From: Lingula anatina
Lineage: Eukaryota; Animalia; Brachiopoda
Direction of reading: 5' to 3'
DNA: 64,000 nt
NCBI GenBank assembly: GCA_051362555.1
Contig: CM120646.1
Span: forward strand, 21,514,001-21,578,000
Shown: positions 12,422 to 24,592 of the stretch, piece by piece
Numbering within the stretch: position 1 is the stretch's first letter
Layout of the letters: every line of letters begins with the position of its first letter
Notes under the pieces: generated by a model
Seen by the model: the letters and a program-made list of their open reading frames with translations, nothing else
What the model was told of the DNA's origin: nothing
The model's database searches: none
Program-made: the position numbers and the translations under genes

Positions 12422-13324
12422 CTGTACACACCGAATGTATTGAACAGTTTTTTAATTTTTTAACGCTATTTTTATTGCACAAATGCAAAATGGCATTGTT
12501 ATCCTTGCCAGTGTTTTAATCTCTTTGGTAAAAACTGCATAAAATTACAAATGTATTTTGACTAGATGCCGAGAAGTGCTGCAAAGAACTGATCGTCACG
12601 CATTACTAGTACCTTAAACGATTGCAGCTAGAAACAGACCATGAGCAAGGTTCTTCACATTTAAGATAATCTTGTCTTTTTACTTTTTTACCATGGGCTG
12701 CATGGACACAGTTATCACTGAGTGCCTTCTACATGTACATAAGTGATGTGCACAGTGTTCTTCTTCACTGTGGTGTGCAGCTTTATTTCCAGCGAGAAAT
12801 TTTCGTATTAAATTAATGCCACCACTAAGCTTGCCTCTAGTATACAGAGCATTCGATGAAAGGGATCGAAGTGGTGACTTTTTTTCATAACAGCAGTATA
12901 GCTTTGTCAGTCTTCTCAAAGTTTAAGTTAGCAAAAACTTTATTAAACACCGAATATACTTTGACTAGGTTCATGGCGTATTGAAATAAAGTGAGAGACA
13001 CGTACAGTGTATTACATGCTCTACCTTGTGCATAATGATTGATTACAGGTCAAATAATATAATTGATTTGTAAAAAGTATTGCAATTAAAATAAGACAAT
13101 GAAAGTGGTTCCTATGATATTAAATAATTTTAAACTTTTTCCACTTGAACCAGGAAATGGAAATTCGACAGCAATTATTAAAAAATCTACGTTATCATGC
13201 TGCAACGCTCGTGAGAAGGTTTTAAACAGGTTAGAACTGTATGCAAAAGGGAAAACATCTTTGTTTTGTGGATCACTTCACTTCATTGTTGAAAGCACAT
13301 CATATACAGGTGTACATGTATCTT

Positions 13325-13700
13325 CAATTATTGACCACCGCCTCCAAGTTGTTTATCATGTTGTCTTCATCTAGACAAATTCTTTGTCAAAATTTAATGC
13401 ATATCTCTTGGCGCCGTGGAACTCCGCAACTGCATCCAGGAATTCTTCCTTGGAAATGTGATCATCTCTGAAACGTGTGATAAGATAATGCAACAGGTGA
13501 ATCGGTTTGTTGAATCATAACTTGATGACCAGCTCACTTACAATTTGAAAATTTCTCTTTTCTGCATTTCTTCACAATCATTCCTTGTTTATCCGTTGTT
13601 GCTTTAATTTGATTAAAACCCTATACTAGTACACACGGAGCTGCATTGACACGACCTACCTGTGGTTAAATTTGTCATATATAATAAAGGGCACTTTGCT
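13325..13700 (-). pseudogene. Degenerate paralog, near-identical to 1613-1990
   Basis: Same premature TAG after FDKEFV and the same exon-1 relic at ~13655. Confidence 0.7.
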
Positions 13701-14660
13701 ATACAATATATCTAAAATGGCAATATTTTTCTACATTGTTTGCAAGTTGTTGGCATTGTGTTTTTGCATCCCACATGCAGTAATAACCGTAGTTTTTATT
13801 GTTATAAAGGCTTTGTTAGCATTTTCAGTGTTTTAGTCTATGCAGCAAAAACTGCAAAATACTACAGGAAATCCTGGATCGCACTTAAATAAAGCAAGGG
13901 GCACGTATTGCTACTTTGTACAAAATGATGAATTAAAAACCTCAGTGAATACAACTTTTTTCTACAAGTATTGCGACTTAAGGCTATTTGACCCTTCATT
14001 ATCATCCAGATACCGAAAATAAGTTTTTTCCTGCATCTTATTGTTCAAAAATGCATCTTTGTGCCGATTCAAAACAATGAAAAATTCCTCGAAAATTTAA
14101 AATATCGGCGTTCATTTCTTACATCGCACTATATAAGCATAGGCAACCCAAAGTTTTAATCAATTTAACGCCTTTCTATTTTGAGGTGGGATAGCAATCG
14201 GTATGGGGCGTAACTTCATCCCTGAACAAGATTTCATCACGAAAATTGCTTGAGTTGACCAGGTGAATATAAGCTACAATCTCTTGCCTTTATTGTGGTA
14301 TAAATATTTTTGTTATGGAGTTATGAGCCCCCTGTTACAGATTTCCATGAAACAAAGGCATTTTTACTTCATCAATGATAAAATCTGAACTCAGACTTTT
14401 AAAACAAATCGCTGGCAGCGTATGGAGTACCATAGGCAAGGCTCCCATAAACTGGATAATTTTGTCTTTCCGTTCCAAGCCAGGAAATGGAAGATCGGCA
14501 GAAATATTGCAAACATTTGCTGTATCAAGCAGACTACCACACGCTGGGGCGTTGTGTATATATACTGGAACTGAATACAATAAAGTGGTCACATTTCATA
14601 ATTATCCTAATCACTTTATTTTAGTGTTGACGGTTCCATTAAGGACAGGTGTATCTTCAA

Positions 14661-16273
14661 TCAGTAACCACCGTCGAACTCATCAAATTCGATCATGTTG
14701 TCTCCATTTACGTCCATCTTGACAAATTCTTCATCGAAATTCAGTGCAGATCTCTTGGCACCGCGCAGCTTCACAACTGCATCCAGGAATTCGTCCTTGG
14801 AAATGTGATCATCTCTGAAACGTGTGATAAGATAATGCAACAGGTAAATCAGGTTGTCGAATCACAACTTCAAATGTTTCTGCTTAATGTCTACTTCAGC
14901 GAATTTCTTTTGACGCAGTTTTACCTCCGCTAAGAAATTTTAGAGCAGATGAGTAAAAAATAACGTTCATGGCCATACATCTAGAAGAGAACATGTGATT
15001 GCAGCTCAAAGAAAGTCATTTGGATGATCCACAAAAACGAAATGAAACGAATTGAGCAGGTTCATAAACTATCTTTAAATTGACTTTTATTAATGAAAGT
15101 CTAAGTAATAGGAATTTACCAATTTATAGTGCTGCTGTTTTCTCTTACCCGTCAATGTCAATGTACTATACGTCTCTGTACACACCGAATGTATTGAACA
15201 GTTTCATGAATTATGTCATGTTTCTGTAGAGTAGTATGTATGAAAGAGTTAGTGTCGGGTATGTATTCATTTCTAGTGAAACTTACTCCCTTACCCGTCA
15301 ATATCAATGTTTCTGAATACGTCTCTGGGGTTAACGACACGTTTAGACAAGGGACGTGCCAGCGATCTCTTGTTTAAGCACGTGCATGTAGCTGATCGAC
15401 TATTGAAAAAGAAGACATGCTTTTTATATGCGAGATAAGTCAATATTTTCAGTCAATATTTCATACAAAGGACCATTAACGAATGATCTACGCATGTCAC
15501 TGGCTAAAAGGCCTCATAGAGCTGCAACTCTTGTACATGTATGAGTCAGAACAAGACCCAGCAATTCGTTCCGTAAGATGTGTTTTTTTCACAGAAACCT
15601 AATATTGTAATGCTTGGAGGGACATATTAAATCTATCTGGCTGCTATGTTCACTGTAAGTAACCTTTTTTGCTTTTCACAGTATTCAGAATGGCTGCCAG
15701 TAATAAATAAATAATAATAATAATAAAAAACCTGCAAGTGGGGCCTGCTCACAAAATACACTTAAACGGAGCAGACCGAATACTTTGGGATAACGTTTCA
15801 CCTGTACTTACAACCAGGACCCGCCCTCTACTCTGATATCAGAGCACCCGGATCTGCAGCCACCTTGGCAGGCGCAACCGAATATGTTGCACGAACCTAC
15901 TCCACAATAGAAAGCTGTCTGAAAAATTTTATGCAAAGGATGTGAACTTAGGCCATTGTTATACAGGGAACAAAGACAAAAAGCTTTACACTTTGATCGC
16001 AAAGAAAAATAAACCACCCGACTTTATTATAATACCTGTAATCATTGTTTCAGGCGGAATCTACTTAAAACAATCATAAGAACAAGCAAATAACAACTGA
16101 AAACTATTTCAATTTCTTGTGCTGTTTCCAAATTAGACACAAAACAATCTTACTTTGCTACAGTCTCCACAGAAGTCATACAGGACAGTGATACAGCACA
16201 CTGCTTGAGCGTGTTGTATGACAAGTGCTACGGAAAAAGCTGCAATAATAATGGTTACCGGCAAACAGGCCAT
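14661..16273 (-). CDS. Mytimycin-like precursor, copy C (161 aa; coding exons 16154-16273, 15812-15918, 15295-15399, 14661-14814; non-coding exon donor ~18549)
   Basis: MACLPVTIIIAAFSVALVIQHAQA-VCCITVLYDFCGDCSKTAFYCGVGSCNIFGCACQGGCRSGCSDIRVEGGSWFRSATCTCLN-KR-SLARPLSKRVVNPRDVFRNIDIDGDDHISKDEFLDAVVKLRGAKRSALNFDEEFVKMDVNGDNMIEFDEFDGGY*. Splice sites are intact. Confidence 0.85.
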
Positions 16274-16413
16274 TTTCTGAAATAAGAAGAACGAAGATAT
16301 TATATATGAGGCTTTCCCCCAACAAGATTTTGACCACATTAGTCAGAAGATCAGGATACAGTACGGGTGCCCTCTAAGCACCGATCCTCTACGTGGTTTC
16401 ACCGTTTCAAATC

Positions 16414-18350
16414 AGCGGGGTTGGTTGGAACACTTTTCACTTTTTTTGCGATATCTCAGCAGTCAAAGCTTTGGGGACAAAAATAAAAACACTGATAGGG
16501 GATAATTATATGCCGCACTCATCTATGAAATAAAACATCAAGTAGGTATTTTTATTTTAGAGTAATAAATACTCAAAGTTGCCTCTTAAAACGTTCCATC
16601 TCACCCCACCCGCGGGGTAAGTTGGAACAGTCAGTGGGGTGAGTTGGAACAAGAGGGCGAGTTGGAACGCTTGCATATAAATTCAAAGTATAATTCATTT
16701 TAAGAGTAGGTTTATCTATATTAATTTCCCAACAAGAACGTATTACCTTGTATTCGTATCTCCATAGTTTGTAAGCATTTTTTAGGTTTATAATTTGCTT
16801 TCAAATAGTCTTTTCGATATATAAACCATATCCAGTTACACTTCATTTCATAATGATAACAAAAGTGGTGTAGTTTAAGAGAAAAGAAATTGAATATCAC
16901 ATAACCTATCATCAACAGTATGTTAGACCTACAAATGAAAACTGTATCTCTTTCAACTAGACCTCAGAATCAAAATCGCAGTTCTGACATATGCACACTC
17001 GGTCACCCTTAATTAGTACAGTCTTCATGTGACCACTTTAGACAAACAATGCATTTAACCCATTTCTCTTTTGGTCGGCTGTTACTGAACGGCTCCCCAC
17101 AAACCAGACACGGCCACTCTTCTAATTCTGACTCAGAATCGCTGATCATTTTTAATTTCCTTTTCCTTGATTTTCTCTATCGACTAGAAATATTTAACTG
17201 TTTTTTTTATTTTTGTTGCACTTGTCCTTTTTAATTTTGTTGGGCTTGGTCTTTTCTTTTTCGAGCAGCTCTTTTTCAGGTGTGTCAGTTAGAACTGCAC
17301 TGCATCGTTTTCTTCTTTTAATCTTTGGGCTGCGACGGTGAGCCCAATTATTGCTGGACTTGAGCTGTTTTGGGGTTTTCTTAAGTGCGCTATAGTGTGC
17401 TGTAGCACCTCTTCCGATGAGGGCAACTAAGATTTCAACTGAAACTTTGCCTAAGTTACGAGGTGAATGTTTGTCTTTTCTGGCGGATTTTGTACTCTCG
17501 TTCACTAAACATTAACAGCAACCCCCAACCCATTACACAAAGCATTTAAAGCAGAATTGGTGTTGTATAGTTTATCCATAACGTAGGCTCTCAGCTAGAA
17601 TATTTTCATTTTGCCGCGAAATGCAGAGTAATAATCGACATTTTCTTCCACTTCTAACAGAAATTTATCGCAAAGAGTAACAGTTAGCATGCAGATCCCT
17701 TTCGACCAAACAGCTAGCAACTGCATTTAACAAGCAGTGACCATCCCCCCTTGTATTTTCTATAAGCATGTACATTCCGGCATCTTGGAGATGTTCTACC
17801 AGCTGGATTTCGTCTCCAGTTGGAGTTGTACTGGGTTACTACATTACTACTCTCTTTAAAGTTGAAAATAAAACATTTAGAGAGATAAAAAAAAAAAAAA
17901 TGTAAAGCACCGTGCGGGGTGGGTTGGAACACTCCTGACAGTGTTCCAACTGGCCCCATGTCAAATGTTCCGACCAACCCCCATGACGTCATGGCCTACT
18001 TATGACACTGTACTTCTTTAACACGTGGGAGGTGATTAAAAAAAAACTACAGCTTTTTGAACATAAAGGTGGTCCTAAGCGCTATGCACAGTTTCAGTGA
18101 TATAATCCTTATACTTTGGTTTACAGCACGATGAGAGTCAAAAATATGAAAACTTACTTCGAGTAGCGAAAATGAGTTTTTTTTCGCATAAAACTTTTAC
18201 TGCATTTTCGAAACTTCCAAAAGTTTACCGGATGAATGGCCATACCAAGTGACATTTTTATTCTGAAGGAGCACATGATCGGTCTTGTGGTTTAAGAAAT
18301 AAAGCCAATGTTCCAACTTACCCGCGTTCCAACCCACCCCGCTCTCCCCT
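16414..18350 (-). mobile_element. Internally deleted pogo/Tigger-like DNA transposon with C-terminal PHD-finger relic, in intron 1 of copy C
   Basis: Absent at the paralogous site in copy B (~8770). Inverted ends are agcggggttggttggaac / gttccaacccaccccgct, with subterminal gttggaac repeats. Minus-strand relics read RRKRCSAVLTDTPEKELLE (~17250-17320) and EEWPCLVCGEPFSNSRPKEKWVKCIVCLKWSHEDC...CQNC (~16975-17125, with an in-frame stop). Confidence 0.75.
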
Positions 18351-21075
18351 GTGTTATTGCAAAAGCTTTTAGTGAAATATTATTTTCCTTTCCTAAGGGT
18401 GATATGATAGTGACCAGCTAAATGGCAATTTGGAAATTAATAATTCTTTACCTTTCTTTGCCATTTCTTTTTCTCCTGACGCTGAGTTATGATTTGACTT
18501 GAAACTCTATACTACTGCCTGCATAAACTCGGCTTGTGCATCTACCTACCTGTGGCTGGTTTTGTCGAATGAAGGTTGTCCTGATATGTTATTTATCTAT
18601 AATGACAATATTTTTCTGCACCATCACTCTCATCAGCGCTAAATTTTACGTACGCAGTTATTAACGTTGTTTTTATTTCACAAATGCAAAATGACATTGC
18701 TAACCTTACCAGTGTTTTAGTCTCTTGCGTAAAAGCTCCATAAAATTACAATTGGTATTTTTACAAGATATCGGGAAGTACTGCAATTAAGCGATGAAGT
18801 CACAAGTATTACCTTGTAAAAATGATTGATAGCAAAATGAACGATTTTTAAAATCATTTACTTGAACTTTTGCAGCTAAAAACATACCATGAGCAAGGTT
18901 CCTTATATATATATATATAAGATAATTAATTAATTAATTAATTAATTAATTAATTAATTATATTTTTCAATCTGAACCAGGAAATGGCTGTTGCTCAGTC
19001 GTACCCTGTTACCGATGTGACAAACTGCAGCTCTACTTTGGCGGTAAATTTGTAAATTTGACGGTATAAAAGCATTCTCTGTGATACTATTAATTCAATA
19101 ATTCATAAAGATTCACCCTTTTTGACCCCTTTCTTGATGTTCAACCCCTGGAACAATCACTTACACTCTCGGTGTCACCTGTACAATGTACCTGATGCTT
19201 TAAGTATTCGGTCCTCTTCGTCATCATCAGTCTGATGCACTCAAATCACTCTCATCTATGGAACTCTTTCACTCTTGGATCTTTTGGGCCTTCCCTTGCC
19301 TCGCGTATCTTATTTTTCTGTGTTTTTTCGTCATGTTTTAATCTAATAAATCATTTGTGTGGAATTTACAGGATAATATTCTATGTTCAACGTATCTTAA
19401 TCTAGTGGGGTCGTTTACGAACTCGGCGCCATTTCTAAGTAAGATAACCACAAACGATATCAAAACTGCAAACATATCTCATATCTCTTGTAAGCTCAGG
19501 AAAAAAAAACGTATAACATAAAATTCGTCAGATACATCCTGGGGTCCTTAACGGCCCTATCCGGTACGGATATGGTTAACCCAGGATTCCCGTTGGCGCA
19601 GACGAATATGCTTTTAATGTAATATCATTTTCTTGCTCAACAAATTATATGATGGTGACCGGCTCAATTACAATTAGGAAATTATTGATTTCCGCTTTTC
19701 CCCACTTTTTAAAATCTTGTCCCTGAAACATAATTTTCATTGACACCCATGGCATCTACCTACTAGTGGTTCGTATTGAACTGCTATGTAGTGTATTCTT
19801 TATAATAACAACATTTTTCGGTATTGTTTGCATGTCACCAGCGCTGTATTTTACATTAGACCCGTATGCAGTAAATTACGCTTCTTTTTCCTTTCATAAC
19901 AGCAAAATAGCATTGTCAACCTTGTCAGAGTTTGAGATGGTAAAAACTGCATAAAACTACAAATGTAGTTCGACTAGGTTCGGGCCGTATTGAAATACAG
20001 TGAGAGACACGTATTACACGTACTGCCTTGTGCAAAACGATTGATTACAAATCAAATGAATAAATAATTTTCTAAAATTATTGAAGCTAAAATCAGACCA
20101 TAAAAGGGATTCCTATAATATTAGATAATTTTAGTCTTCTTCGATCTGAACAAGGGAATGGAAATTCGACAGCAATTGTTCAAAAACCTACGTTATTGTG
20201 CAGACTGCATGGCTCGTGAGAACATTTTAAATGAGCTGGAACTTTAAATAAATTTAACAATTTCACATGTTGAAATTCATTTTATTTCTTATCCAGTCAT
20301 AATTTTATCCCAGTGAGTGTTTAACTTATTAAAAAATCTATGTCAAAAATATAATTTACATGGATTTTTAACTGCTTTTACTGCAATCTACACCAGTATT
20401 TCATGGCATTTAATCTTGATGAAGTTGATTTCAAAATATTTGAAAATAATTCTTTAAACACTGTGAATATGAAATAATCCTGTCCTGGAATAAATCCATC
20501 ATTTATGACAGAGAGAAAATAATGCTTCATTCAATATAAAAATTCTGACAGTTAGGAAAACACTGGCCAGGCACCACAATTGCTTATACAAGGGTAATAC
20601 AATATCCTAATTCAACAGCTGACTTAGCAGCTGATGCTGTTTATTTCTGCTTGGTATCAGTTATGGAACTGTCTCCATACAACTAAAGACAATACACAAC
20701 AGACAATATACTTTTTCTTCTGACTATCAAATAGTATCCAATACGGATGTTATTTAAGAGTCAGAACACATTTCTCAAACTTGGTCCAAATAAGAAGATA
20801 CTGATAGACTACATAACTCATTACTCTTGATCTAAAAAATAAATAATAAAAAGATGAAAAAATGTTTTAAAAAATTTAGTTAATCTTATAAAATTTGTGA
20901 TGCCATGACTAGGAAATACTGCAGTCAGTGTGGTTAGGCATTAGCCTGATGCAAGAGCAAATAAAAAGGTTTTAACTAAAAATAATACCACTTACTAGTC
21001 CACTTTTACAATCTGACTGCCTGAAGGGCTAGTAGCTTTCAAGAGTTTCTGAAACAGACAGAAAATATATAGTAA

Positions 21076-24000
21076 TCAAAAGAAATCGGCTGCCTTTGCC
21101 CTTTTTGCTTTGACAGCTGATCTTGTCCTTTTGTAGATGGCGCCACCTGATGGGGGTGTCTTGAGTATGCCCTGTTCAGGAAGTTTCTCTGGGTTGAAGG
21201 CTGGGGTTGGGCTGGGCTTCAAACTCTCCTTGAACTCTAAACATAAAACAATCAAATAAACCTTGAATGAAGTTATGCAATATTTAAGTATTTGTACCAG
21301 GAAGACGCATGTCAAGATGTGGCAGGCATGTCAAGAAAACTTAAGGTATTCATCATAAGAATTATATTGACTGTGAATAGTAATGTAATGCTGCCCTTAA
21401 AGTTTCTGCCGTATACCTATTTACAATGTAAATTTAATATTTTTTACAACTTTGACTGGAAAATGACTTAAATTATTCATGAAGTTGCAACATCTGATGC
21501 CTCATTATATTTCTATATCTGTAGCATTCTGGTACAGTAACTGCAAATTCTATGAAAAATTAGGTCTGATACTGCCTGCATACATACACATATATTAAAA
21601 TAACACAAGATGTGAACATACTATGTTGGATGGGTGGGCACAGGGTAAAACAATGAACAAGAAACTATACAAACCCTGTGCTATATTTTAGATGGGGTGG
21701 CACAGGATATAACAAAGAACAAGAAGCTATACAAACCTTGTGCTATATTTCTGCTCATGATGAAACTGACCCTCTTCTTTCCTTCTGACGCCGGGGCCTC
21801 CATGTCTGGGGTCACTAGGTTAAGCTGGCAGAAAGAGAAAGCAATTATCTTATTAACTGATATACCTTCAATCAAATGAGATAAAGGATAAGATAAAGCA
21901 TCACACAGCCTTTCTCAGGGATGAGACTTTTTGGCTCCCAAAAAGTCAGAAATCTGCCAATACTTGGAAGTCTCATCGCTGCTTTCTTGAATATTTCATT
22001 TCTGCCATGGGTGATGAAATACACATAATTTTAGGATTTTTTTTTAGTCTGAGATTTATTCATAGTGTGTTTTAACTCATTTAGGTCTTTCTAGGCCAGT
22101 AGGCTATTGATTTATTATAAAGGTAGTAATAAGTATGACCAAAAATTCTCGCACAATTTCCAAATTAATTTTTCATTACCACAGTGAACATTTAATTTTT
22201 TTTATTGGTCCATATTCAACGCATCAATGTTGTGCTAGCAAGCATAATTCGATATACTTAAAGTTTATACTTCTGAACTAACAGTTAGGAATGCCCATGT
22301 TCAGTATAATACCTTAGACTTTCTTGGTTCTGTCTTAGGCGTTTCCTTAACTTTGCTTGCAGCTTTTCTGACAAACAGGGGTGGTGTTGGGGTGACATTT
22401 TCAAATGTAGCAAATGAATTAGGGGTTGTCACTGCTTTGGATTTCTTCCCATGATCTTTGACCTTTGGGGTCATGGTCAATTCTACATTGCTGACAGATG
22501 AACCAGTTTTCCTCTTCTTAGATGAAATGTTAATTGTGGTTTCTTTATGTTCTTTTGTTGTTTCTTCATTATGTGGCTCTCCTTTTGCAGTGTTTGTTTT
22601 CAAACTTGGATCAGCCTCTCCAATCTTGGCAGTTTGTTTTTCTGAAGTAAAATCTTTATTATTTTCTTCTGAAGTAGTTGGACCGTCAACTGCAGAAACC
22701 TTCCCTTTTTTCTTTTTCTTGTTTTTCGTCTTTTTAACAGAATCAGTCATCAAGCTACTTTGATTGAAATTAGTATCTAGAACAAAAGACTCATCGCCTT
22801 TTTGTACATGATTTTTTGGTGATTCTGCTGTCGTCCACGTAGTTTCTCCTGCGACAGAACCATTCGCTGGTTCCTTATTATTCTTCTCGTTTTTCTTCTT
22901 TTTAACAGAATGATTCACTTCATCACTTGGGCTTGAACTTTTTTCTTGCAGATGCACTAAATTTTTAGTTTCTTCATGTTGTCCATTAACTTGTGACATT
23001 TCTTCAATAACAGCACCCGGTTCTTTCTCCATTTTCTTATTTTTCTTCTTTTTTACAGACTGGCTTTCCTTGACATTTTGACTATGGTTTTTTTCTATTG
23101 AAGATTGGTCTTTTTTCATCTTTTTAGGAAGCTCGTCTGAAAGAACACCATCACTTATTTGCAGAGCATTATTTTTCCTCTTTTTATCTTTTTTCATTGA
23201 AACAACACCATTACTCTCCCCAATTCCTCCAACGAAAGAATCTGCATTGTCTGGAGCATTTTTTAATTTTCTAGTAGTGGAATGACCTTCACCTTCTAAC
23301 TCATTTTTATCATTGCTCTCCCATTTACCCAGTTGCTCAGACTTGCATTTATTCTTTTTCTTCTTTGGAGGTTCTTTGTCTAGAATCCCATTAATCTGAG
23401 ATTCATCTTCCTTCACCTCTTGTTTTGATTTCTTCTTCTTCTTGGGTTCTTCTGGAATCCAATAAGTGAATATGTATAATACTAGAATTTACATTCCTTT
23501 ATTTTCTTACATGTTTTTATATGATATTTACACTAAACCTTAGGGGCAGTATAATTTTATCAACAATGAAATGATACCATTAGATTATTTATGTTTAACA
23601 GTTCCTAAAAATACTGCTTGACGTCATGAACCGTTAAACTGACATGTGCAAAGATTTTTGAATTTTTAAGATAAACTGCAAATTTTCATGTTCATTAACA
23701 AAATTGTTCATGACAGAAATAGAAAAAGGTGTCAGTTTGAAACAAATATTGATCACTGAGATGGATATCAGATTTTTAGCATAATACAATACAAAAATAC
23801 TGTAATAATAGTCATAATATAATTGAAGTTTGCAAATTACAGCTTCAACAATGACATACCTTCACTTTCTTCATAAGTTTCTTCTAATTTTCTCTTCTTT
23901 TTTGTCTTCTTCTTTTTGATCCCCATCTTCTCTACCTTCCGCAGTCTCTGAACAGCCATGTTGAAATCTGCATTGCTGATTGGATCGTCTTCATCAGATG

Positions 24001-24543
24001 ACCCTATGATGTCATCAGAAGGGAAAATACCTGCTGCCAGGTCTTTGAATCTAAAACACGAGACCCAGTTAATGTGTTAATGATGACTTATATGTGTAAA
24101 TATTTTACTGTTTTCGTATATATTTAGCATTTCTCATTAATATTATTGACAGGTTAAGTTTACATAACATGATATTTTTTTTGGTCATAAAACAGTCTTT
24201 CCAAGAAAAGTATAAAAATTACGCTTGTTGATCACAAAAAAATTAAAGTACTTGTTTTGAGATACATCCAGTTTATGGAACTAACATAATTGTAATAATA
24301 CTAGTAAGTGGTTATTTATACTACAACTAATAACTAAAGTCACTGCGTACCTTTTGACCAGGTCATATATGGCTGGTCTATTCCTAGAGAGACAATTGTT
24401 CCCTTTGGCTAGATCAAAGAGTTTGTCAGCAATTGCTGTGTAATCAAACTGAAAGGAAAAAGGAAAACTTAGGTGTGATGTACCTTTATAATAATCTTGG
24501 ATTTCACATTCATTTTCTCAAGCATGCACACATATGACTATGT

Positions 24544-24592
<49 letters not shown>

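Larger units (their letters stand above)
1..20250. repeat. Tandem segmental-duplication array carrying the mytimycin-like genes
   Basis: Shared blocks recur: aacctt(a/g)ccagtgttttag at ~1, 5061, 9128, 18702 (variant at 12501), and ggaaatgtgatcatctctgaaacgtgtgataag at ~1484, 1742, 3075, 6114, 7154, 12053, 13452, 14799. Bases 1-4650 align to ~9130-16350 with deletions. Confidence 0.9.
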
